From the human T2T-CHM13v2.0 reference genome, Homo sapiens: DNA of 64,000 nt. Position numbers and translations under genes: made by a program. Positions 1 to 14,400 of the stretch are shown in pieces. The notes beneath the pieces were generated by a model. The model saw only the letters and a program-made list of their open reading frames with translations, did no database searches and had not been told where the DNA came from. The first letter of the stretch is position 1. Each line of letters begins with the position of its first letter. The stretch lies in NCBI RefSeq assembly GCF_009914755.1, contig NC_060927.1; one strand, written 5' to 3'.

Positions 1-291
1 GCACATGTGCCTGTGCAAGTGTGGCATGGATTTGATCCTGGGGCCATGTTTAGAAAATGGTTCCCAGCGCTAAGAGAATTTAAAACTCTAATAATAAGAG
101 TTATAATAGTAATAGGAACCTGCTTACTGCTCCCTTGTTTGCTACCTATACTTCTTCAAATGATAAAAAGCTTCATCGCTACCTTAGTTCACCAAAAAGG
201 TTCAGCACAAGTGTACTATATGAATCACTATCGATCTGTCTTGCAAGAAGACACAGGTAGTAAAAATGAAAGTGAGAACTCCCACTATTGA
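1..291 (+). pseudogene. HERV-E/Harlequin env C-terminal fragment (TM anchor and cytoplasmic tail); provirus continues left of the window
   Basis: Translation HVPVQVWHGFDPGAMFRKWFPAL...LIIRVIIVIGTCLLLPCLLP...ENSH resembles ERV1 env TM ends. It is followed directly by a polypurine tract (aaaggaggggaa, 303-314) and an LTR. Confidence 0.85.
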
Positions 292-314
292 GTGAGAATC
301 TCAAAGGAGGGGAA

Positions 315-776
315 TAAGGGAGGAGACCACCCCTCATATTGTCTTATGCCCAATTTCTGCCTCCAAAGAAAGAAAAAGTAAAAACTAAAAGGCAGAAATG
401 AAATCCACAAGCAGACAGCCCGGAGCCGCACCCTAGCGCTGGTAGTTAAAGATCGACCCCTGACCTAATCGGTTATGTTATCTATAGATTACAGACATTG
501 TATAGAAAAGCACTGTGAAAATCCCTATTCTGTTTTGTTCCGATCTAATTACTGGTGCATGCAGCCCCCAGTCACGTACCCACTGTTTGCTCAATCGATC
601 ACGACCCTCTCAGGTGCACCCCCTTAGAGTTGTGAGCCCTTAAAAAGGACAGGAATTGCTCACTCGGGGAGCTCAGCTCTTGAGACAGCAGTCTTGCTGA
701 TGCCCCCGGCTGAATAAACCCCTTCCTTCTTTAACTCAGTGTCTGAGGAGTTTTGTCTGTGGCTCGTCCTGCTACA
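315..776 (+). mobile_element. 3' LTR, LTR2 family (HERV-E/Harlequin), in SLCO2A1 intron 1 and antisense to the gene
   Basis: Starts TAAGGGAGGAGACCACCCCTCATATTG and ends GTCCTGCTACA, as in the recalled LTR2 consensus. TATA-like TAAAAAGG at ~641, AATAAA at 713-718, PPT immediately upstream. Confidence 0.9.
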
Positions 777-2526
777 CCACCATGTCATACATGTCCCAAG
801 ATATGTGCAACCCATCCCCCACTGCAAAGTGGCAGGGCTATTACAAGCACTCTCATTGGGAGGAAATATCCCTTCAAATAGCAGAGCTCCCAGTTATTGC
901 CCCAGGAGGGAAAGGTGCAAGTGACTTTAACTGATGGAATTTGAGATTCAAGATTTACCTTAAGCTATCCAACCTCGTACCTGGTTTCAGGCTGATAAGT
1001 GGAGTTAAATGGAAGTCCTCCAAACTCTGGTCTTGCAATTAGTATGGATCAAAGGAGGTGATGACTAACAGAATCTCATTTTTAGAGTCAAGAAAAACTC
1101 TTAGCCAGTATGAGTACTTAACTCCTTTAGGAGGCCAATTGGCCTGAGCCCAGCCCTCAGGTACGTGTGGTTAAATCATCAACACATGAGAAATCATCTT
1201 ATTTATATAGATCTCCAAATAAATTGCTGCCATAAACATTTATTTTAGGGAACCAGGGTGGGTCTAAACGGATCAGTCTCATTCAGCTGTACCCTCACTG
1301 TCAGGAATCTGTTCTGGACACCCGTCCCTCCTGCCCTTCTTGGTGAAAATGAAGTGAGGTTGCCCCACCCTGGTTCCTGCAGAGGCCCCTTTCTTTACAC
1401 CATCTAATCCTAGTCCCTACCCTTTCATCTCAATTCCTAATTTATAAATACCAAAGGTTCCAAAATTCCTGATGAAATTTCTCCAAAATGGTGGAACCAA
1501 AACTGCGCACAACATTTCCATCCAGGTCTGGCCAAAAATGAGGAGATTTGGAGATTATTTTAAGCTATCTCAAAATTTCTGTTGCTTATCCATATACAAC
1601 TACAAAATCAATTCAGCCTGTATTTATTGCGGTGCGGAAAGAGCAGAAGCAGGAGTGGAGATCCCAGCTGAGTAAGTATGCAGGTGAGATCCGCTCTGAC
1701 CTCCAGATCCCTTTCTGTTGGACACATATAACCAGTCCACGGACACCCCCATCATCCCTTTGTGTAATCTGGCTTCCCCTTAATTGCACCACCGGAGGCT
1801 TTACTCAGTCCCATCTGACTGTATGTTTGTGGGAAACAACCTCTCTACACCATGATCCCACCCTGACCAGAAGGGGCCTTGATGCAGTCTCTGCAGTCTC
1901 CCACATCCTCACCGCAGCAGCTTTGGCCTCTCAGGAGGTATCTTCCATTGTTACTTCTGCCTAGGCAGAACGGGCAAAAGAGCCCGAGTGCGGATTGAAC
2001 CATTCCAGGTCCTCCTGGACCTGTGAGGGAGTGGAAAGCATTTCCGACCCCATGGGAAAGGTGCTCTCATCCTAACAGCTGCCAACACCCTATCTTCTCA
2101 CCCGCTCCCCATAACTTGCCTGGTGAGTGGCACCTGCTTAGACCTTACTGAACCGTGAGAGCTGTGACCTTCCTGGGGCCATTTCCAGACCAGGGAAGCC
2201 AATCTGAGCACGCGGGTTGGTTGCCAGCCTGGGGAAGCCGCCCGCTGAGAGGGAATTCTAAACATAACTGCGAGCGGCACAGCCAGGTAGCAGAGCCCCC
2301 CGCCCCCGTTGGCGGGAGAAGAAAGCCTGGGGAAGGAGAACATCCCTTAGGCCACCCACCCCAGGACGAGGGGGCTCGGACGAGACACAGTCTGTCCCCC
2401 AAAGCGCGGGGGGTCCCCCTGGCACCTCCAAGCCCATCCCATTGACGAAGTAACCGTCCGCTGGAGGCCGTAAAAGCGTTCCTCGAGATGATCTTTTTCA
2501 ATCATCGAGGACAATTCTCTCGCTTA

Positions 2527-3081
<555 letters not shown>

Positions 3082-3088
3082 CTAGAAG

Positions 3089-3096
3089 TTTTTATA
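3089..3096 (-). promoter_or_regulatory. SLCO2A1: TATA box (TATAAAAA) of SLCO2A1
   Basis: Plus strand tttttata is an isolated AT patch inside the CpG island, correctly spaced from the Inr-like motif. Confidence 0.8.
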
Positions 3097-3167
3097 AGTG
3101 GCCGCCGCCGATGATGAAACGCGCTCTCCCTCCTCCCTCTTTTCCTCGGGTGTCAAAGGCGCTACGA

Positions 3168-3200
3168 GCCCCCGCCCCGCCGCCGCCGCCGCCGCCGCCC
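3168..3200. repeat. (CCG)7 repeat with adjacent GC boxes in the proximal promoter
   Basis: gccccgccccgccgccgccgccgccgccgcccc; pure CCG run at 3177-3197. Confidence 0.9.
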
Positions 3201-4439
3201 CCTCAGACAGGTGTGACGCCGCAGCGACCCGCGAGGCTTGACTGCCCCGAGAAGATCCCGCCTGCCGGGAGGCGGAGAGGGAGGGAAGGAGGTGGCGGGC
3301 CCGGGGAGGGGAGGTGAGGGCTGTGGGGGGGCAGGAGGTTGCAAGGGGGTGGAGGTTCCTGGGGACTGGCGAAGAGAGGGTGGGCGAAGCGAAGGTGGGT
3401 GAGTGGAGGGGATGGAGAAAGAGGTTGGCAGGGCTGGGGGGCAGGAAGGCTGGGATATGAGGGGGCCCGAGGCGGGCGCTGGAGGGGCCAACGTGAGCCG
3501 GGGGTGGAGGGGAGCCCCAGCACCCCTCCCGACGTTCTTGGGGAGATTTACGGAGCCAGTCTCTGCTTGTTTGCACTCGCAGAAAACCTGGGCCCTCAGT
3601 TCCGGTGATGGCTCTGAGACTCGCTGCAGCTCTGTTTGTGTTGAGGACTGATTTATATTTAAACTGCTCTTTGCGCTGGAGAGGGGGCTGGGTAACAAGG
3701 TGAAAAGGTGGGGGCTGGGCCCGAAGTCTCTGGACCTGAGCCAAGGTAAACTGCAGGGGCTGTCAAGTGTCAGCATGGCTGGGTCTGGCCTGGGGTGCTG
3801 GGGGGAGGGGTAGAGGGGGTGGGGGGGGTGTGGACAAACAGGACGCACCCCACTGACCTCCTTCTCAGTGCTGGAATGAATAGTGGGTTTATTTTTTCCC
3901 CAAGATTTTCTACTAACAGGATTCCAAGCGCCGAGAAGAGACAGTGAGGCTTCTCAAGGGAAGGATAAGAAGGTTCTTCCAAAAGCAGCTGCAGTGAGGA
4001 ATCCAGCTCTGGAGGCATTTTTCCAGCTCCCTCACTTCTGTAGTCCCGTGCAGAGGGAACCTCTCCAAGCCCACCCCAAACCCAGGAAAAGATGCCGTCA
4101 ATATCCAGGAGGCTTTGGCTAAGACAAAGGCCACAGGATAGATAGACCACATAGGCTTCTTATTCTACCCAAGACCTGATACCTTTCTGGGCCTGGTCTG
4201 GCCTGGCCTGGGCTTGGGGGCTTCTATCCACCTGCGACCCAAGTTCCCTGGACACGGCAGCATTCCAAAGATGTTGAACAGTGGGCAGCCTCTGGCCTCT
4301 TCACTCAGCCACAGAGCGAGGTACATCCTGACAGGCTTTCCACAGCACTGTAGCAGCCCCAGCCCCAGCCCCAGAGGAGGCATGAATTCCAGGTCCCATC
4401 TGTCCACTGGGAGAACATGGCACACAAGGACAGGTACCA

Positions 4440-4690
4440 GCATGGAGCACTTGGTGTGTGCTGGGCATACCAGGCCCTCTGCTGAGCACCCACATGCATG
4501 ATTTCATGAAGCCCCAACGTTAGCCCTACAGGTATAGGTACTGATGGAGTCTGGACTCCACAAACAAGGATGCTAGAGCAGTCGGCTAAGAAAGCTGTCT
4601 GAAAGCCACACAGCTAGCAAGTGGTGGAGCTGGACCCTGAATTCAGCCTTGTCTGACTCCTAAGCCCAGACTTGAAGCACTATGCCTTCT
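4440..4690 (-). mobile_element. MIR fragment
   Basis: Degenerate match to MIR (gccacacagctagcaagtggtggagctgga...tgtctgactcc). Confidence 0.6.
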
Positions 4691-5515
4691 GATAAGTTGT
4701 CTAGTCCAACAGCCCCATTTTGCAAGTTGAACCAAACAGGGACCAGAAAACCCCCAGGCCAAGGTCACAGACACCTTAGGGCTACCATGCCTGGAGCTTC
4801 TTTCTCAAACCCTGAGGCCTCACTGTGATCCTCTGGTAGAACCCCTGGGAGGATCAGCCTCTCCAGCCCTCACCTAGTCCTGTTCCATTAACCTGGCCCT
4901 CTGCCTCCCGTCAGCGCCAGCATCATCTCCAAAGGAAAAGCCTATTCAGAAATGCTCACAGATGCTTATCTTCCTTCATTGACCTTTACTGGGTGGAGTT
5001 CAGCTAAATGTAATGGAGAGCCAACCAAAATGACTTAAATGAGATTTATTTGTCTCTCAATAATTAGAAGTCTGCTAGTAGGTAGTCCAGGGGTCATGAC
5101 CTAGGCCCTTCAAGATTCCTTAGCCTGTGGTTCCCATCCCTGTGGCTGGCTCATTGTCACAAGATGGCTGCTCCATCTCCAGCCTCCTCTCCTAATTCCA
5201 GGAAAGATGTGGAAGACAGGAAACAGGAAGGGGCCATGCTTACATCAAGGGAGCAAATCTCTCCCTTGCGTGCACAGTTGCTTTTACTTAAGTCTTCTTG
5301 GCCAAACCTGGGTCACATAGCTACCCCCTGCAAAGGATGCTAAGAAGTGTAATTAACACTATTGCTGTCCTCTGAACAAAATTGGGGTTTTATTAGGGAA
5401 AAAGGGAGAAATAATATTGTGTTTTACATTTTCAACACCTACACATGGAGTAACCCATTTCCTTTCAAGAGCACTCCTAGAGTCGGTCTCCCAGACTTTC
5501 CATCCTTAAATTTCA

Positions 5516-5866
<351 letters not shown>

Positions 5867-5875
5867 TTAAAAAAA

Positions 5876-6900
5876 GCTAAACCACAAGAACATCTCCTGA
5901 CCTCAAAGACTCTATGGTCTCAGGGTGGGAAACAAGAAGAGAAAGTGTGGCTGTGATGTAGGAAGAAAGCTATTGTGCACAGCTGCTATGGGAGCATAGA
6001 AGTGGAGCCCTAATGCACCTTGGACAGCAGGAAGACTTCTAGGAGGAGGCGACTGTCAAGCTGAGCCCTAAGAACTAGTAGGATTGAGAGGATTAGGGTA
6101 AAGAGGGTAAACCTACTCCATGGTTTCAGTCTGGCTGGAGCTCAAGACCAAGCGCAGTGGGTATGTGTGTGTGAAGCAAAGAGGCTGGGAGTTTAGGTTT
6201 TCTCCCCAGCACAATGGGGAGCCGTTAAAGGCTTCTAACCAAGGGTGACCTGGGCTAATTTGCATTTCACATGGACCTCTCTGGCAGCCAGAGTGGAATT
6301 AGGTAGTCTGTGGAAGGAATCCCAGGAGCTATGATAAAAGCTGGCATGGCAGCAGTGGGATGGTGGTAGGAAGGAGAGAAAAGCTTAAGAAATGTCAAAG
6401 CGAGGTGGCACCCACATATCAGTGAGAGGAGAGATGTTAGTGATGACTCCCAGGATCTGGCTTGGGCAACTAGCGTTGGTGATGCCCACTCCTGACAGAG
6501 GGGGCCCAGAAGGAGCAGTCACTATTGAAGGAAGCCAGTGAGTATCCTGGTCACATTTGAAATTCAAATTTCCCAGACTATACCCAAGTAAAGATCTTCA
6601 GGAGTCAGATGGGTATATGGGTCCAGCACTCAGGGTGGACACTGGGCTAGAGATATGGGCTTGGAAATCCCACGTGGAGGTGGTGGTTAAGCCTCAAGAA
6701 GGGATGAGTCTCCTAGGGAGACTGTGTTGATGAGAAGTAGGTCCAGGATGGGCCACAGCAATATCAAGGTGGCACAAGGGACGGAGCCAGAGTGGAGGAA
6801 AGTAAACCAGGGGAGGAGGTGTTGATAGAGCTGAGGGTACTCTTTCAAAATGGAGGAGGGCGGGCACATGGCCAGGCTGCTGGGGAGGCAAGAGAAGGCC
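5876..6900 (-). mobile_element. L2 LINE fragments (old)
   Basis: Purine-rich degenerate L2-like motifs (gatgactcccaggatctggcttgggcaac, gggctagagatatgg). Confidence 0.6.
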
Positions 6901-7980
6901 TGAGGAGTGGCCACCAGGCTGGCAACGCTGGCATTGAGGAACTTGGCAAGAGTGTCTGCAGTGGGTGATGTGGGCAGGAGGAACTGGATAGGAGAAAATG
7001 CAAATAGAACCCATCGACAACTTTCTCAAGGTTGCGGAGGGAAGGAAAAAGACAGGGAGCAGCTGAGCAGCTACGGGCTCTCCTGTCTGCCTGAATTGTC
7101 TCCAGCTGTCTTGGGCCTCCTCCTGGGGCAGTTAAATTCATTCCCACCTCTGGTTTTTGCTCATGCTATTCCCCTGCCTGCACTGCCAGCCTCAGTGCTT
7201 GGATTCTACTCTTCAAGGAGTGGTTCACATTATTATTACACGACCTTGTAGTCAGACAAAATTGCTGACTACCTTCGATAGCTTGCTTAACCCATTGGAT
7301 CTGCGGTGACTTCTCTTCGTGATGAGCTGTTATGAAGTGCATATGAGATGATGCATGGAATGCCTGGAGCATAGTGAGGTCTCAATGCTGGGAAGCTGCT
7401 CTTGCTGTGGGGGTTGGTGGTTTGATGTTAGTAAACTGTGCTCTAGGTCTCTTCCTTCAACTCAGCTGTGGGCTCTTCAAGGGCAAAGGTTCTGTGTCAA
7501 CTCTCTTTATATCCCCCATTTGACCTAACATATCCCATTGCTCAAAAATGTTTATTAAGTGCTATTAAGCAGAAATAAATTCTAAAAGGGCCCTCGTGAC
7601 TGGAAAAGGCCTCATTGCTCCTAGACCTCCATGCCATTGTTCTCTCTGCCCAAACCCCGCTCCTTCTGCCCCCTGAAGGCCTCTGGGTTGTCTCTGGGTC
7701 TCAGCCTTGTCTCTTCTCACCACTGGCTGGCCATGAACTTGGTGGGCCACACTGCCCACTCCTGCAGCAGCTGATGAAGCTTCCTTGGCAATTTAGATAC
7801 CCAAGTGTGATCATGGATTAACTCTCAACAGTGACTGCCTCTCCTGAGTCAGAGGCCATGTTTGCAGCAAGTGCTCCACTGCTTTGTCACTGTCACTGGT
7901 GGGGCAGCCTGTTCCTCTGCAAGTCACCCTGACCACTATTTTATATTTTAACAGTGCCAACAGTCTGTGCCAGGTTCTAA

Positions 7981-8305
<325 letters not shown>

Positions 8306-8780
8306 AAGGTTGATTCTTTTAATCCTCAAAACCACCAAATGAGGAAGGTTATTTTCATTAGTTCCATTTTACATGAATTTCAGCAAATACTTCCTAGCAC
8401 TGAGAAAATACAAAAAAAAAAAAAAAAAACCTAAAAAACAAAACAATTAGCCACAAGAACATCTCCTGACCTCAAAAACTCTACGGTCTCAGAATGGAAA
8501 ACAAAAAGAGAAAATGTGGCTGTGATGTAGGAAGAAAGCTGTTGCGCATAGCTGCTATGGGAGCATGGAAGAGGGGCCCTAATTCACCTTGGGCAGCAGG
8601 AAGACTTCCTGGAGGAGGAGATTGTCAAGCGGGGCCCTAAGAACTAGTAGGACTGAGAAGATTAAGATTAGAAACTGAGGCATAGAGAGGTAAAATAACT
8701 TGGTCAGGCCACATGTGTAGTAAGTGACAGAGCCAGGATTAAAGCCCAGGCAGCCCAGGTACAGAATCCAAGCTGCTGGG
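8306..8780 (-). mobile_element. MIR interrupted by a ~290-bp locally copied segment (8376-8671)
   Basis: MIR core ccattttacatga | aaactgaggcatagagaggtaaaataactt is split by the insert. Confidence 0.8.
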
Positions 8781-11148
8781 AAACTCTTGCTCAAAGGGAC
8801 TGAGCCACAACATGTGGGCTGACCAAGTCCACCGCCCACCCACAGCATGACCCTTCAGGGTCAGAAGCCTACTTTAGTGCCTTGCCCATCCCTGCCCCCT
8901 TGGAAAGCCCTCCCTTTTTCTTCCCAGGGATGCCATCTCAGGAATCGAGGCCACACCCAGCCTGGTGAGTTCTCCCTAAATGAAGGCCTGAGCACAGACT
9001 GGGGTCACTGGTGGGCCCTCACTAGATCCAGCCCCGAGAACCTCTTTTCTGCTCTTGCTGACTGCACATTCCATTCCTCCAGCATGGCTTTCCACGGCAC
9101 ATACTGCGTGCCATTCTACCTCCCACCCCCTCTTCCCGCTCAGGACATGAGGCAGACTTTGCCCTCCTGCCCCCACCTGAGAAAATGCAGTGTGGCAAGG
9201 GAGGGGCACCACAGCACCAGAGTGTCCTCCTGGGACCCCAGCTGCTCTGCATTTTCCCTGGGGTCTACCCTCTGTGCACAGCGCCTGGCACACGACGATG
9301 GGGTTTCCATTGTCTTCCATGAATGACTCGCTCAAAGCCTGGTCTGGCTGTCTGTTCCACTTCCTGGTCTCACCCAGTAGAAGACATTCTGTGCTTTTGG
9401 GGGAACATGAGAAACCCCAATAGGCCTCACCGTGCACCCCTTCCCTGTCTGGTCCCTCAGCAGCCTCCTCCCTGGGGGAGGGAGCCCCAGCCTGGCCCCG
9501 TCTGCAGACCAACCAACTAGATTCAGGTCATACCCTCCCCCAAGGGGTGTTTATCACAGCCCGTGTGCCTACTCATCAGCACTGCTGTGTGATAACCAGC
9601 CACTCTTGGGGAGCAGGGATTCCATCTCTGCTTCTGGAACCTGCATGTATAGTGCAACACATGTTCAGTGAGCACCTATAATGTCCTCAGTCCTGTGCCG
9701 GGCTGGTGACCCAGAGGATCCTGCCATCTTGATGTTGCCGAACAAATAGAGAACCAGACTTTGTCTCTCTGCCTTGATGCTTGTTTTTAAACTGCCTGCT
9801 AATTTTTATATTATACTCTTTCAAAAATAACTGTGTTTTGACTCTACTGGGGGAGATAGAATATTTGTTTCATTCACCTATCATTCCATACCACTACTTA
9901 AATTTTACTGAATTTTCTACTTTTTCCAGTTTTTCCCATAAACATGTTTTTACCAAGAAAAATCATGGTATGCCATTAGTATCCTACCTTTTACAGTAAA
10001 CATTGTTCTGTGTTGAGAGGAGCTCTTCACCATCTCTTGAATGGCTACATGGGCAGCCATGGGCAACCAGGAATTATTAAAAGATTTAAACCCTCTGCTG
10101 GTGTTGAAAGTTAAGGCTGCCTCTAACTTTCATCCTTCACAAATAGTGACTTGATGGATAACATTTTGCAAATAGTTCTTTGCCTTAGGACTGACTGACA
10201 GTGGTATAATTACTAAGCCCCATGGGTGTGAACACTTCTAGATATTTTTCTCTATGGCATTGAAACTATTTCCTCATGCTGCATTTCCATCCCTTAGGCC
10301 CCTTCTTCCTTACAGTGACACCTCTCCTGGCCTGTATAGAGCAAGGGGAGCACTCCAAGGAGAATGGCATGACAATATCAGCTGTAGAGCTCCACCCCAC
10401 TCCCTCCCCACAGACCTTGGGCACTCCCCGGGGCTTCCTTGTCTCCAGCAGTCCAGACAAACCTCATGAGCTCTGAGAGCCTCGTCGCCTTCACCACCCT
10501 GGCCAACCTGGGGCTCACCCAAGGATGCAGTGGAGTGTGGCTGCCTTGACCCAGCACCCCCCCCACCCCCAGTTCTGGAGAAGGAACTCAGCACCCAGGG
10601 TTATAGGCCAGAGACCTTATGTGGGTGCCTTCCCAGCAAGAACTGGATTCCTCACCAGCATAACCGAAGTGTTGGATTTTAGGTCCAAAGCCAGGCTGTT
10701 CTCTTGGTCTATCCCAGCACTGTCGGCTTATTAGCTATGTGACCTCAGGCAAGTCACCTAACTTCTTCTCTGTGCAGTGCTTAATTCACAGAGGTGTTTG
10801 TGAGGAGTGAATTGGTCTCACAGCCCTCAATAATGGCCACCATTATTACTATCATATTTTTCTTCTGAATTTAGCAGTGCTTCCCTCATGGTCCCCTGTT
10901 CCCTCCCCAGTTGTTCCTCACTTTTCTCTACAGGAGGCCCTGCTTTCTCTGGGGCCTGGGTGGCTCTACAGTTAGTATAGTATATACAGCTCATGGGAAG
11001 AGGCTCAGGACCCTGCTCTCCCATCTCCTCCCTGAAACTTTCCTGCTATGCACATCTGAGACAAGCTGGGAGTCCCAGTGCCAGCCCTGGAACTCCCTCC
11101 CTCTGCCTTTGGAGCCTAAACCCTGGGAGCTGTCAAGAGGCTGCAGCA

Positions 11149-11150
<2 letters not shown>

Positions 11151-11183
<33 letters not shown>

Positions 11184-11441
11184 CACACACACAGGCAAAC
11201 ATAGGCACACACAGGCACACACATGCACACATACACACAGGCACAAACATGCACATGCACACACACATGCACACACAGGCGTGAGCACACACACACAGGC
11301 ACATGCACGCACATACACAGGCACACACACAGGTACACATGCACATACACACAGGCAATACACACAGGCACATGCGCACACACAGGCGCACACGCACACA
11401 GGCATACGCATGCACATGCACACACATACACACACACACAC
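11151..11441. repeat. CA-rich compound microsatellite
   Basis: (AC)n followed by degenerate acacaggcac/acatgcac units. Confidence 0.9.
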
Positions 11442-14400
11442 TTGGCAGGCAGGCTTCCTTAATGCTGTCTTGGCATTTCCTGGTGAGAAGTGCTCTCCTT
11501 GTGTCCTCACCTTGCTCATAGCAGGGTCAGCCCGTGGAAGCTCTAATGAAGAGGTTCCCTGCACATCCTTATTTGTTTTCTGGATTCCCCACAATGCCTG
11601 TATCACTTGTATGATCACTCTGGGGCTCGTGTACCCTGCTCTGGGTCCAGCCCCTGGTCTGGGCCCATGCTCCCACCTGCCCTGACCTCACTTCTGGGAG
11701 GGATCTCTTTTTTCCTCAGTCTTGCTTCTAGGGCCCTTTCTCTCCCCTCTCTTTATTTGCCCAGGTCTGTGGCTTCCTCATTTATTGAAAGGCCCCAGGC
11801 TCCCGATTTCCTGCCTTCCTGCACCTCCACAGAGCCCAAGGAATACATATTGAGCCCTGTTTTTCTCTCACCTGGGAAAGGGAGCGGGTGCCCTGCATTG
11901 CCATGCACACGCCCTCTCTGCACTGTTTGGACTGACCCCATATCAGGTAGATTGTGAGCCTTCAGGGCAGGGACCAAGTACAAACACAAGTGCAGATAGC
12001 AGGATGCCACCACCGGAGACACAGCAGGGCTGATCTGTCAGAAGAGCTTGCCTCTCCCCACCACTCCTGCGCGAGGGGCTGATGGGAGATGCATGTAGTG
12101 CATACCTTATTTCCCAATTGAACAAAGAAAGTGCCAAGAGCACTGGGGGTGGGCAGCGGCTCCTGGGTCCTGGACCACAGCCTCTTCCTGTGCTTGAGCC
12201 CCTGCCCTAGGCCAGCCTGTCTCTCCCACGCAGCGTCAGTTCTCCCTTCTCTGCTGTAAACATCAGGGCCAATAAAAGCTCAATGAGACCCTTTACCTGG
12301 GCCCTGGTCTGCAACACACCCTGGGCCCAATATGGTGCTCTGAGTCACCTGGTGAGGTCACTAGAAGTCAGGCCTCCTCCCTGTTCATGGTCACAGGGAG
12401 GGAGTGCCTGGAGGTGTGGCTCCATTGCAGGGCACTCAGGAAGAGAATGCTCATTGCTTCCCTGTGCAGGCAGCAGGCTAGGAGGCCGAGGAGAGTGACC
12501 AGGGAGGACTCTGACCTGAGGACAGTAAGCCTATGGCTCTCTCACACCAGGGTGTGGAGACTAAATGCACGCAGGGGCTCCTGGCCTCACCGGCTCTAGG
12601 AACCTCTCTCCAGCGACAGTAGTAGGAATGATGGTCAGCAAGGTAGACCTCTGCTGTTTACTCCTCTCCAAGTCTATCCCTCTTCTCGTAAAAGTTCCCT
12701 GACCTTCCTTCAGGGTCCCAGCCCTCCCTACTCTCAGGTTCTGAGGCCTAGGTAAGCTGACACTCACTGGGGCAGGAGGGCATGGGGCCTAGGCCTGACC
12801 ACTTGGGCCCCCTGCTGGAGCGACCAGGACAGTGTGCTCTCTCCTAGGGCCAGGGTCAGGGCAGAGGGCCTCCTCCCTCAGTGTCAAGGTCTAGGGAGCA
12901 GTGGGGAGAATCTGCCCCAGGATGTGGCCACCGAAGGAACAGGAGTGTGGGCCAGAGGTCATCGGGGCCCATGGCCACATCCTTCAGGCTCTAAGTCTCA
13001 ATGGGCATTGCATCTGGTCTTTGCAGTTCTGTGAGCCAATAAATTCTTTTTATAGTTTAAGTTTTGTTGAACTGGATTTCCTGTTGCTGGCATCTGAAGA
13101 GTTCTATTGAATCCAATAAACCAAGTTTTCAACAACACCGGGCAATTCACACAGCAGCCTCAGAGCCAGCATCTCACTTAACCCCTGCAGCTACCATGGG
13201 AAGTGGGTCCGGTTGTTGTAATCTATGTTTCAAAGAACAGGAACTAAGCCTTGGTTATTAAGGGCTCCCAGGTCCCTGTGAAAGGTTAGTGTGACCTGGC
13301 ACCCCCACTGTGAGAGGTCATTGTGACCTGGCACCTGGGACTTCTGAATACAGACCTTGTCTTCCTGCTGGGTCTCAAGGAGCTACTGTCCCTGCTGGGA
13401 TCAGGCCCTGGTGGCTAAGAAGGTACTCAGGATGGAGGTGGGACTACCCAGCACCTTGGGGAGATGGTGGATCTGCCATCCCAGTTGACTCTGCCTTTGG
13501 GGGGATTCTTCCCAGTCGAACTTGGCTCGTCTGTAAGGTTTCGTGGGGAGGGTCACACTAAGGGCATTGGAAGGGACATTTTCATCAGGCCAGTGCAGTG
13601 GATAACCCACATTTTAAGATTCCCCTGCTGATCAGCCACCTTCCGGCACTGCTTTTCTCCTGCTGGCCTTATGAGCAAAAATTATGGTCCATGGAATTGT
13701 AATAGGCTAAGTCTTTGGACAAAAACTACTTAGGGTAATCTTAAACTTTGTTGGCAAAAATGGGGGCTCCTTTGAAACTCCAAACTTGCCTATTTGCGTG
13801 CACAATTGGAACAAAGAAAATACTGAGCCTCCCAGAGAAAATGGAAAGGAAGCCTAATTCTCAGTTGGCCCTTCGAAAGTTCTAAATTGAATCAAGAGGC
13901 TACCATTGCCTCCCTTAGAGAAATAATTCCCAACTGAATGAGTGCCTTAATGAAACAGAAAGAGATAGTGCTTGCAAGATTGAAATTAAAACTGTTAAAA
14001 CACCTTTGAAAGACCCTTATTCCACTAGCCCCCTTGCCCACCTCTGCCTGACTTCTGCACCTTTTTCACCGTCTCTGGTCTATTGTTCACTCCCTCCTTC
14101 CTCTTTCACTCTTTCAGCTGGTTATCTTGAAAAGGTTCCTACATTTTCTCTAGGCTCATCTGCATGTTTCTTTGTAACATTGTGTGATAAATTCCTATGA
14201 TTTATGTCACCTTGGCATGCATTTTAATCCTCCTCTAGCACACCCAAACTCCTTCTTGAGAAAACTTAAATTCTCTCTGTGCTTGAGATACAAATTTATA
14301 CGCTGTTTTATCTGAAATTCGGTAAAGGCTTTGGCCACGGGGGACAGATAAATTTCAGCCTATTACATTTACAGAAACACAGTTTTGAATCCAACTGTCC

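Noticed and set aside
3082-3848. 220- and 228-aa Pro-rich ORFs upstream of SLCO2A1
   Set aside because: Stop-poor GC-rich promoter sequence; low complexity and no homology recognised.
10991-11685. His/Thr- and Cys/Val-rich ORFs (likewise at 29713-30444 and 31145-31570)
   Set aside because: Translations of CA/TG microsatellites, not metal-binding proteins.
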